DNA of 61,151 nucleotides, counting the filler, from Basidiobolus ranarum (taxonomy: Eukaryota), in assembly GCA_040143965.1 (NCBI GenBank). It is 16 parts of 16 records of this genome, joined end to end, with 100 filler letters (N's around TTAATTAATTAA, not from the genome) between each part and the next. Parts side by side here need not be neighbours in the genome. Positions count along the whole stretch, not along the records: positions 49,808 to 53,523 come from JASJQH010002319.1; positions 53,624 to 57,338 come from JASJQH010002320.1; positions 57,439 to 61,151 come from JASJQH010002321.1; 13 more parts are not named here. One strand, given 5' to 3'. A program made the position numbers and the translations under genes. Shown here piece after piece: positions 49,708-61,151 of this stretch. Positions within the stretch are counted from its first letter, which is position 1; each line of letters opens with the position of its first letter. The notes beneath the pieces are model-generated. The model worked only from the letters and a program-made list of their open reading frames with translations, was not told the DNA's origin and did not search any database.

Positions 49708-50318
49708 NNNNNNNNNNNNNNNNNNNNNNNNNNNNNNNNNNNNNNNNNNNNTTAATTAATTAANNNNNNNNNNNNNNNNNNNNNNNNNNNNNNNNNNNNN
49801 NNNNNNNTTACCATTGCTGTAAATCAAGGAAGGAAAATAACCAAAGGTTAGTTAGCACCTTTGTAATAGTACTGGTAAAAGTTACGATAACAAGAGATTA
49901 CTATGGATGCCTCTACTAAAGAAGACGTGTGCAGAAGTGGTGGGCACTGGGATCATATATACACCAAAATGTAGTGATTAGCATGCAAAATACGAACTGC
50001 TTCAGTTGTTACTTTCAGCATTTTCTAATTGTAGAAAACCAACTTACTTCTCATACGTGAAAGCAATGGGCAGAGCTTTTCAAAGTTATTCATAGAGAAG
50101 CGCTGCTTGTATCTCATTTGATTATTCTTCCCACCACTGACCAAGGGTTTTGAGGGACCAACATTCGATGATTATACTATGCTATTTTAGATCGAAGTGC
50201 TTGAATACTCTGAACATCCCATACTAACTAGTGTATACAATGTTTGTGTCTTAAGTAAAAGGACTACTTCCCGAATTCTTAACGGTAAGATCAATTTTAT
50301 TCATAAAACTCCCTTTTA

Positions 50319-50648
50319 CTAACGTCTAGGAATGTCGGCTTGTCCTATCGAGCCTGGGATTCCCAAATCTTGACCTGGCACCGGCGCTCCTCTTTGTCCC
50401 GTTGATGAGTCACTAGCATATCCATAAACTCCAGGGGCAATTTCTATTTTAGGTCCTTTGGGCTTGGAAGCTTCAACTCTCGGCTTTGTTTCCTCAGCTT
50501 TCTTGCTAAATCTACCACCAGTAAAGAAGTTTCCAATATCAGTAGCTCCTTTACGTACAGCTGTACGTATACTATCGAACAGTCCTGGGTCGGCTGTTAC
50601 CTGAAGGATTACGCACAGTATGCATAAAAGACCAATATTAAACTTCAT
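50319..50648 (-). CDS. Orphan small secreted protein (109 aa)
   Basis: Intronless ORF from the ATG at 50648 with a clear signal peptide MKFNIGLLCILCVILQVTA-DP. A TATAA and a CT-rich leader lie upstream, and AATAAAA follows the stop. Confidence 0.75.
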   Translation of the reverse strand: MKFNIGLLCILCVILQVTADPGLFDSIRTAVRKGATDIGNFFTGGRFSKKAEETKPRVEASKPKGPKIEIAPGVYGYASDSSTGQRGAPVPGQDLGIPGSIGQADIPRR

Positions 50649-51490
50649 GATGGTTGAAAAGCTAAGAGAAACGGGAGAAGGAGAGGGAAGGTGCAAGTCT
50701 CAAGTGTGTGCATCGTCAGGCTTATATTCAAATTGCCTGATGCACAGTTTCACATCGATCTGAAAGTTTCATCTGATTGAATATTTGAAACGCCAGTTGC
50801 AGGCCACGTATGTAATGCGCGCAGATGTGAGCACACGACTTGTTACAGGATGGGTAGATGGGTCATTCAGATTTAGCTATGCATTGTCCGAGTTTCTACG
50901 CTGTGGAACACAGAGTCACGGAGTTTGCACTGTGAATCTATTGGATGTAGAGGTAGACAAGGAGGGTTGCATCTCACTAGCAAAAATGCCAGCTCATAGC
51001 ATTTTCTACCCTTTGCAGGCCTGGCACCTCCACAACGATGTCTGAGTTTGTCGATATCGAACCCAGTACAGCCATTATACGAGTTCCTAGATTCACTGCA
51101 TCTAATGTAAATGTTCATTACAAGCGGGCGCAGTACCATGGCCTTTAACAGTCAATCTCAACCAATGGCCAATGTTAAAACATGAACCTTTGTGTTAATT
51201 GTTGTGCATGTTTACAAAGTATCGTGCAAAAACAGGCTACGATCATCAATCCATTCTCCCTGAAATCTGGTACCTATTTTGGCTTGAGTTAATAACTACC
51301 AAATCCTCTCAGATTTCAAGGGTTAGTTTGATGTTCAGTGATTGGTTGCATGCTTCGAATTAGCAAAAATACTCGCAAGTGTACATTGACGGAGACTGGG
51401 AAGGCTGCTGTTACTCATTTCTTATTCCACATCACTACCCTCTCTTGCGCATTTGCATAGTAAACATTGACATAGCTATACTATACAATC

Positions 51491-52503
<1,013 letters not shown>

Positions 52504-53623
52504 TACAACCTTAATTCGCAACCTAACCAGTGGCCATGTTAATCCAATTTTCACTTCTAATTATTTGGTACTCCGTTCAATTACAATGTAACCATATTTT
52601 CCAATTTACATTCTCCATACCCTACAGTGTAAACAATTAAATGGCATTTTGCTCGAGAATTATAACTTTATACGTGCGTATGCCCTACCACTGTCCAGCA
52701 CAGTCAATTTTCTTGATCAATCAGTACACACTCTTGGGTGTATATGTCTGTTTCTGTACGTTCGAAGTAGTCAGCTACACGGGCGTAGTACTTAAGTTGC
52801 TCATTCTGGAAGGTATAGCATACCAACTTGAATGAAGCAAGAACCATTCAAAGCTACATCGCTGAATGAAGGTGTATGCTTATACAGCATGAATAGCTAT
52901 GGCATGTGAACAGTTTTTCGGCTCTTGAATGCAGTGGCCCTTTCCAATTGGTAGAACCCATAAACTAGTTCCATGCCTGTTCTTGATTAAAAGAATTATT
53001 GTTTGCATGTGTTCAGGTTAGGCTTGCGTAACTTGATTCAGATACACCTGAACAGACATTAGGGAAATCTCAGCTCAATGTACTGGTTTCGAATTTCGTA
53101 TTGATTTACTCTTTGTGCGGCAAAGTAAATTAGATAGATGCGCTGTTAAGGAGCCTGAATGTCCAGCAAACAGTAGACACTCTTTCATAGAGGTTTGTGG
53201 TAAAGGAGGATGATGGAATTCTTATTTGAACCCCGTGAATGGTTCCATACATAAGCCTTCAGGGACTTCTTTCTGCTGCTGTAGCATGATCTTCGTATGC
53301 GGTGTAGATGTAGGTGGTGATGAGTACAGCAGTCCTCCCATGGACCTCCTGGGCAGGGTTTACTTTCAAATAGACAAACGTGGAACTACGACGATTGAAA
53401 TGAAACCCGTAGATAGCTTACAACGATTCTGGAGAGATGCATGGATCATTGGATTTTGATTAGAAGACTTGCATGCAGTGTTCGCATCCCTATACTCCTG
53501 TTTGATACTCCTTAGATTGTCGANNNNNNNNNNNNNNNNNNNNNNNNNNNNNNNNNNNNNNNNNNNNTTAATTAATTAANNNNNNNNNNNNNNNNNNNNN
53601 NNNNNNNNNNNNNNNNNNNNNNN

Positions 53624-54417
53624 AATTGCGATATTGAAATCGAATTTGAAGAAATTATTCAAGCTCGTGAGGCCGCCAAGAACCTTCCTAAGAACCTCAG
53701 TGTCATGGAAATTATCAGGGACAAACATTGCACCGTTCCCTTCATCATTTGCATCGGTCTTGGTGCTCTTCAGCAATGGTCCGGTATTAACGGTATTATG
53801 TACTACTGTACCTCCATTTTCGGTGAAATCTACCACGAGCAAGCCAAGTACGTCACCGTAGGACTCATGGGACTCAACGTTTTCATGACTATCGTTTCCG
53901 TCATTCTCGTTGATCGCTCTGGTAGAAAGTTCTTGCTTCTTCTCTCCAGTGGTGGTTCGGCCATTTTCAACATTCTCATGTGTGTCGGTCTACAAGTCAA
54001 TAACCACGATTTGACCGTTGCTTCCAGTAAGTGATTCTATTCGTTATCAGTCAGGAGATTCTTGCTAACCTTTCTATTACAGTTTTCATTTTCGTTGCTT
54101 TCTTTGCCGTCGGTCTTGGTCCAGTTCCTTTCCTTATTATGACTGAGTTGATGCCTACCAATGCTGTTTCTGGTACTACCAGTACAGCCCTCGCCATTAA
54201 CTGGCTTTCCAACTTCGTCATCGGTCTCATTTTCCCTGCTGTTTCTGATGCCATCCACGGATACATCTTCTTGATTTTTGCAGGTTGTTGCGCCGTTGGA
54301 TTCTTTGCAACCCTTTTATTTGTAAAAGAAACCAAGGGTAAGAGTATCGAAGAATTGACCTCCAGAAACAGAAACAGAGAAGGAGAAGAGTTGAATGGTG
54401 TCAAGAGAAAGAACTAG
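53624..54417 (+). CDS. MFS sugar porter (GLUT-like), C-terminal half
   Basis: QQWSGINGIMYY, VDRSGRKFLL, GLGPVPFLIMTELMP, NWLSNF and KETKGKSIEE; one intron at about 54027-54081. Confidence 0.95.
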
Positions 54418-56228
54418 ATCTCTCACCGTAAACTTATTGAATTAATATTATTTAGATTTAACCTATTATACGATATTAGAATCCTATTACCATTAATAAC
54501 CAAGTTGTATTCGTAGTTGTTACTTTACAATAATTGGGCCAAGTAAAATATATTTCATCCATTAACTACTCGTTTGCTCATGATGGCCATTAGTATATGA
54601 TTGTGGGATATGACTGCTGTCTTGATGCCGTAGATGGTTCTTGTGAACACGTTTTCCTAATACAGCATTAATTATAACTCAACTCGGTAAACGCACCAAT
54701 GACGATTGATTTTGAGGAATCTATGCCAACTGGGGCAATTCCGTCACGAGTTTGCTTGTAGATTTGGTGCTCGACTACTTTTTCCGTGCAAAACTTATCG
54801 GAATATATCTTGCATAAATAAACAAGTTTTCTTAGAATTCCGAGAATCCATCAGTGGCGCCCAAAAGAAACCCCCGATCCATCCAAATCTAAGCTAAAAG
54901 TAGCTTTGGAATTTCCAATTCCTTGTCAGATTAGGCCAATATTATCTTCAATCTGTAAGCAAACCGTGCCTTCGCAGCTGGGTTTAGGCACAACTGGGCA
55001 GCATGTATGCATTAACTTGCCATAAATATTTTTGCCTAATCAGGATTAGATCCTAAAGTATCCAGTCATAAAACTGTCATGGTACCATTAGTTTAGGTTT
55101 CGTTAGGTATCTAACATTTTACTTTTACCAATCCCAACAGCTAGCAACGAGCATCAAATTATCATACTCATCCATAAAATTTCATTTTCTATCAAGCTAA
55201 TCTTGCTATTACCTGCAACTTACGCCAGACTGCTCCCTCAGTAAGAGTGTACAAACTTGTGACTTGATTAGTCAAGATGCCATAGAGCTGGTGCCAATTA
55301 ATAGACAGCATCTACACTCTAATATTTACTCTCAGAACCTTACTCACAAGAGTATAATTTCTTTTCTGTCCCAGATTAGGTTTATTATTGTTATTATAAT
55401 AAAATATTGTTGTAGTATTTATTGAGCAAGGTTGTTGTGTGATAGTCACCAAGGTCAGAACAATAGGCATTGTTTCCTTCAAGTTTATTCAACTATAGCT
55501 TTAAAATAATACAAATTACATATGTGTTGACAACTGTTTCCATTCCGTTAATAAATATTTTTGATATATATATATTCTCAAATTGCATAGTCCTTCAAAA
55601 TGCATTCTACAAGCAAAGTCAAGAACCTCAGTATAGGTGATATGACATTTCCCTCATCATCAGCACTCCAGTCTCACACTCAAGACTGGCATGAATATCA
55701 ACTCAATTGGAATTGACTTTGTTCTTGCTCATAGCACTCCTTTGGTTAAGAAAAATCGAAGCAGTAAAATTTGCAAGCAGTGTGTAGTATTACAGGCAGA
55801 AATATAAATACCAAAGTTCAAACTAATAAACCAACAAGTGAAGACTATACCTTTTCAACCTAGTTCTTATTGCTTCCAATCTCTCTGCAATATCCTAACA
55901 TGAACTTAAACACAAATTAGCAAATTTGGATGAACAATTAGTTACAGGTGAAATGAAGATTGAAGCAGTAAACTTGGCCTCATTAAAAGATGATCAGGCA
56001 AAGCTATCTGAAGCCCAAGCTAAATGAATTGTAGCACCTATGCTTCTAAGTCTAGTAGAAGCTTTTCCACAGAAGAGGTCATTGAAACAACAAAGTAATC
56101 TTGAATGGAAAGAACATGACTTCTCCATGTTCAGAAAATTTTACATTTGCATACTGTGTTGATGCACTTGAGGAGATGCAAAGACATGAAGAAAGCTGCA
56201 GAGTAATGATGGCAACTTGCTGCAAAGA

Positions 56229-56500
56229 GCATAGCCTAAGCATCTATATAGTCATATATAGCTTAGTATTTGGTCATTCCATATATAACCAAGATATCAT
56301 TGACCATTCTCAAGAGGAACTTACCTAGGTCATTTGTACCAACTTAAAACTTCTTAGAGATACATATTTTTCAAGCTTGTTTAGTAGCCCCAAACCTTGT
56401 ACATATGTTCTTCAAACCTTGCTTATCATGTTCTGTATATTTGTTTATTTACATCTTAACAAAACTCTTAATGTCAACTGTGTATTCAACCAATCAAGAG
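56229..56500 (+). repeat. LTR family B (truncated)
   Basis: CATAGCCTAAGCATCTATATAGTCATATATAGCTTAGT matches 56665 onward and 11940-11995(-). Confidence 0.72.
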
Positions 56501-56655
56501 GGTTACCCTAAGCAAGATAGTACATTGTGTTTGAAAACCCTCCAAGCTTACAAATGGCAGGTGTGTCACCAATATACACAGTAATATTAGCTTTAGCAAA
56601 ATATTGACCCATTGGAGCCCCATTGGATGACTGTGTGTAATCTGCATTTAAAGGC

Positions 56656-56955
56656 TGTTGAAATTAACTTTGCCTAAGCACTTATATAGTCATATATAGC
56701 TTAGTCCTTAGTTATCGTCTATTTCACCAAGATACTGACCATTATATATAATCATAATTTACTTAGAATATTTTTACCCACTTAGAAATTCTCAGAAATA
56801 TAGATTTTTCAAACTTGTGCTCAGAGACCCAAACTAGGCACACTGGTTCCCAGGACATGCTTAACATATTCTACATGTTAGTTTGCTAACATCTTGCCAA
56901 AGCTATTAATGTCAACTTTCGACTCAATAAAACCATACATGGAAACCACCAATTG
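56656..56955 (+). repeat. LTR family B (nearly complete)
   Basis: Starts TGTTGAAATTAAC; its 3' part matches 11630-11795. Confidence 0.78.
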
Positions 56956-56989
56956 TCATGATTCTGATATCAGCATACTGCTCCACTAC

Positions 56990-57338
56990 AAATAGAACTC
57001 CTCTATTATTAGATTACAACATCATATCTGCTGTGCCATCCCTTCTTGGCAATCTAGTGTCAGTTCATCCAGATTACCTTGTATGGAAGTCATGTTCTTT
57101 GGAACATTTCATGAAACCAAACCAATCACGTGATCCCACACATAGTGTATTTCCACCAAGACCTTCCATGGAAGGTCACCTGATCATCCTTACATCATCC
57201 CTCTTTGTATTGGTCCTTGTAGTCCCCAACACCCCAACTCTTGAACTTGCCACAGTATATTCCCTATTAAGTATATTATGTTTCACCTTGCAATATCTAT
57301 ATAAGCCCCATGTATTCCTTGATCAGACCTCAGTCTGA
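56990..57338 (-). mobile_element. CACTA element 3' region fragment
   Basis: Reverse complement of 21235-21520. Confidence 0.65.
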
Positions 57339-57438
57339 NNNNNNNNNNNNNNNNNNNNNNNNNNNNNNNNNNNNNNNNNNNNTTAATTAATTAANNNNNN
57401 NNNNNNNNNNNNNNNNNNNNNNNNNNNNNNNNNNNNNN

Positions 57439-57684
57439 TACTTTATTCTTAAGAGTATATGGTGACTTATATAGTAGAAAAGTAAATCAATTGTTTGAGA
57501 TATTCAGGAGTTTGTGTAATGAGATATAATAGATAAGTGGGGGTAATAAAACATACTTGTTGTATAGATATAGAGATATTCCTATTTAGAATATAGGGGC
57601 TATAGATACATTGCTTTCTGTTTCTGATATATGTATCATAACTAAAGTTAACTATAATGTTGAATAAAGATTAATTATCCAACA
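57439..57684 (+). repeat. LTR family C, 3' three-quarters
   Basis: Overlaps 38151-38236 and 45987-46092 nearly identically; ends TCCAACA. Confidence 0.88.
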
Positions 57685-60335
57685 GATTCACAAGTTTCCA
57701 GTTCTTCAAGCAAAGTCTCATTCTCTTTGTCTGTATACAAAGACTACATTTTTTCTAGCGCTAGATATGAGCAGCACATGATTGCACTAAATGCAGCATA
57801 ACTACATAATGAATGTTTCATTTAGTTTTCCTCACGCCCCAAATCCCTCCCATATACTTGCAGCCTGGCTATACTTCCCAATTGGCAATGCGTAATGTAA
57901 TATATCACAATCAATTTAGCCAGGATTCATTAAGTGTATCTGTATGAAATGTAACTAATATGGGCTGAAGCTAGTGTATTTGTATCGAACTTCACTATCC
58001 GCAGTTGAGAGTTTAACTATGTTGAGTTGATAGATTGGTCAGGTGAATACATGGTCGTTGTTTATGAGGAGAAACTTGGGCCAGATTTAGATTCACTTTT
58101 TTCTTATATGTGGATGCTGTTTAGTCTTGCAACATGGAGGGAAATGAATCTTTCCACCGATTGTGTGGGGAATGATGCAAGATTGCTTAGTAAATGAAGA
58201 ATCAAACTATATCAAGATGGACATTCGAAACAGGTAATTTGGACATATGCATAAATAGATTGTTCTAAGTGTCAGAAAGTATCAACTGACTACGCAACAA
58301 ACATCCACTAGTTCAATAGCAATGATTACACCGGGGAAGGCATCAAGATGCAGAATTCTTGGAATATTTTTCCACTTGGTTCAATAGGCGATGTACGCTG
58401 CCTAGTCATAAAAGATGGTGGATCCAACAATACTGTCTAGTGGTCATAATGATGTAACTCGACTCAATCAATCTACAAAGTCGATTTTGAACCTCAGTGC
58501 ACGTGGCAAAACTCCATATTTTCTCTGTCGGATAAGTGTTTACAGACTGTGACTAATCGCAGTGAAACAAGTCAGCTTCTTGCATACTTAATGCTTATTC
58601 CTAATACTCCATGACCTAAATCCAAAATTGAGACAACTAGTGGCAAACAAGTAGCCTATTCACATGCAAACCGTAGCAATTGGCGAGGCTAATGAATACA
58701 TCAACCACACCCCAGGTTAAAAACGAGACATCCAAAGTGCATCCAAAACATTGCATGGCAACTCGCAAAGAGCCTATGAAGTGGAGACATGGATTTGTCA
58801 CATTACTCACAGTACTGTGGATCTGATAGCTAATCATTGGGCAGAACCAGGATCAATGTATGGACGCTACTATTAGGGAATTTTAACGTTCTATGTAACC
58901 TGGCCTAGCCTGACCTGACAGTTACAGCAATCAGATTCGGACATTCAGATAGGCAACGTCGTTTCACGGAATTTCAATGGCCAATTCAATCTGTGCCAAC
59001 CGTTTTGCTCAGATTTTATTGAAAGACGTAACTACTTGGGATCATCACATAGAAGCGTAGGGCATCCAAAAGCATACACCACTCCATGCTATTGAAGGGA
59101 CAATAGTACTGAAGGCCGTCCCATCCAATGGCCTATGCGAAGACTCCGGTAAATTGATCATAATTTACAAATGGGGAGCGGCCAATGTCACAGTTAAGGT
59201 GATGCGGGGTGGCTTGAATGATTCGGATTAGGGATGAATAAACAGAACAATTGGCGAAATTATCTTTCATTAAATAGGAATTGGTTTCAAAGCACCCGTT
59301 TGCCTTCCATCGACACCCAGGTAATCATGATTACTCATTGGATTTACTATTCGCTTTCCATCGCCACATTAGCAATTTCTCGCGTGTAAATTATTCATGA
59401 ATAAGATGCTTGGAGATGGGCTTAACCACTCACGGCACTATCTTCTCACGTGCTGGGTGGGTCAAGTGTCAGGCAGTGTCCGTTAAGGATTCAGAGATGT
59501 TTACTCTGCATCTTAGATTCTGTAATGACAATCAAGGCTTGTGCCATCCCCATCTCTCTCGCTTATCAATAGTCCACCTAATGCTTATCAATCTGGACGG
59601 AAAACAATCATCTTATTCGGTTTATTGCGGATGCATTCTGTAACATGACAAACTCCGATCCAATCCATCTTTGAACCACTGAGGCTACTTTGTGGCTTAG
59701 AGACAAAGATTCGATAACATTAAGGAAACATCTTGAAACGTGACATGATTCTAGCAGAAATGAACAATCTTATATCGAATGTCTGATTGGCCGCTGAAAT
59801 CATGTTGCAAACAGGCTTACTCTGCTGTATCTCCGTTTATTTCTAACCTCTTGGTATGGGTAAAAGTTACTTAGCAGGGGGGCTTCAAACTGTGGTGGAG
59901 GAATAGGTGCTGTTTACTTAGCATTACTACATACTGAAAATAAAATATCCCGATGAGAGAACTGAGTGTAATTATGGTGGAGTACACAAAACAAGCGTTA
60001 TATATACATCAAGGCCGGTGCAGGTCAGTTGGAAGTGATGGTACATCGCCAGACTTTCAGCAAGTCGTGGACGAGATGATTCAAAATAAATAAAATGTAG
60101 GACGATTGACGAGATAGAACTCGCAGGTTGTATACAAAATGTGCTGTGAATGTATGATGAAATGTCAGAAAAATATGATGGTGTTTAGAATTCCAGCACT
60201 GGAATGGTAAGAAGAATCTTCTTTAATGGTTCAGATCTCGTTAGCAAGCCATATGAAGATGTTTATGTTCTAAATGTCCTACTAAGTGCGTGTATCGTTC
60301 CTCAATTGCTTAGCATTGAGCCGCCTCTTTAACAA

Positions 60336-61040
60336 TCAAAGAGACACAGGTAACCAGCGACTAGTGCTATCTTCGAGCGGTGGAGGATTCAAGTACCCTG
60401 ACAACGGAGGCAATGTACGATCCTCAGGACAGTTAGATTGGAATATGCGAGCCAAATTGATAGGTAGAAGCCTCTTTGAAGGGCTATACGTCTTCAGCAA
60501 ACTAGGGGAGTAGGAAAAAAGAGGTGATGATCCTGATATCGTGTGTCTCCGTTTCCGCACCTCCCATTTGATTTTTTCACTGGACTCCACGAATGATGGA
60601 TCACCATCTTCGGATAAGCCAAATCCCTGAAATGAACCGCTTAAAGAAGTCGATGGAGATACAATATTGTGAGATTCAAGGTCAGACCTTGGGGTTGGTG
60701 GTGTACTTGGGATTGTGACAGGGGGAAACTTTTGACTATCCCAGGGTGGAGAGTCTATTTCTGAGACGAATTTGGTCTCTTGAAATGTGCGCTTCATATT
60801 GGAAGATTTCTTATTAGATACTTGGCTACTGTAATGTGAGATCTTCGTAACAGAGTTATGTAAAGAGGAAGAGCCAAGGTCTGCCGGCGTATGTAAATGT
60901 ATATGAAGAGGTTTCTGGTCCAATGCATTTGGTCGTTTCTTGTGAATTCGAACATGGCGTGTTAGCTCGTCAGAGCGTGAAAACTTCTTGTTGCATCCAG
61001 GATGAGAGCATGAATAAGGCTTCTCGCCTGTATGGGTTCT
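60336..61040 (-). CDS. CreA/Mig1-like C2H2 zinc-finger transcription factor, 5'-partial
   Basis: The frame of ORF 60336-60923 extends upstream to [33 protein letters not shown]. Ser/Pro-rich middle, RRHTIS and a C-terminal RTLPPL motif. Confidence 0.85.
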   Translation of the reverse strand, partial: RTHTGEKPYSCSHPGCNKKFSRSDELTRHVRIHKKRPNALDQKPLHIHLHTPADLGSSSLHNSVTKISHYSSQVSNKKSSNMKRTFQETKFVSEIDSPPWDSQKFPPVTIPSTPPTPRSDLESHNIVSPSTSLSGSFQGFGLSEDGDPSFVESSEKIKWEVRKRRHTISGSSPLFSYSPSLLKTYSPSKRLLPINLARIFQSNCPEDRTLPPLSGYLNPPPLEDSTSRWLPVSL

Positions 61041-61151
61041 CCATTTTATCCTTTCATTGGCGGAGGCAGATTCTATTTTTAATAATGGTCCTTCGGCAGT
61101 TTGATTAGCTATTTTAGCGGTCCCATTTCTAATTTATTTATTGGCCCCCCG

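Noticed and set aside
53230-53523. Possible last exons of a minus-strand gene (GTAAGC...AAG intron)
   Set aside because: No recognisable homology, and the frame assignment is ambiguous.
54037-54404. Minus-strand ORFs over the sugar transporter
   Set aside because: Antisense shadows of the MFS coding sequence.
57700-60300. Short ORFs 58637-58837 and 59410-59643 in a long intergenic region
   Set aside because: No motifs and atypical composition; probably UTR or regulatory DNA.

Overview
This is not one locus. It is 16 unrelated contigs of about 3.7 kb (3740 down to 3713 nt, sorted by decreasing length), joined by 15 artificial 100-nt linkers (44 N + TTAATTAATTAA + 44 N), so no gene neighbourhood can be read across a linker. 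The DNA is AT-rich and eukaryotic with short GT-AG introns (about 55-105 nt), best fitting an early-diverging fungus; Basidiobolus/Zoopagomycota-like is my inference. About six contigs are graveyards of decayed Ty1/Copia retrotransposons (at least three LTR families, plus a Ty5/hemivirus-type half-tRNA primer site), decayed CACTA/EnSpm (Tnp2) transposases and an unclassified repeat family; all are almost devoid of CpG. The other contigs carry whole or partial genes: a bacterial-type ADP-ribosylglycohydrolase with introns, formin, mitochondrial mL58, RPN1, a PAP2 phosphatase, a cytochrome P450, an EED-like WD40 protein, a secreted CAP/SCP protein, UTP30/RSL1D1, FIS1, a NIPA Mg transporter, an orphan secreted peptide precursor, Rab11, an MFS sugar transporter and a CreA/Mig1-like zinc finger. 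I see no multi-gene novel system. The best leads are the intron-bearing bacterial-type ADP-ribosylglycohydrolase with an N-terminal anchor, the orphan secreted DP-GLFD amphipathic peptide, repeat-restricted CpG erasure and the half-tRNA-primed Copia. Repeat boundaries are approximate and were read by eye.
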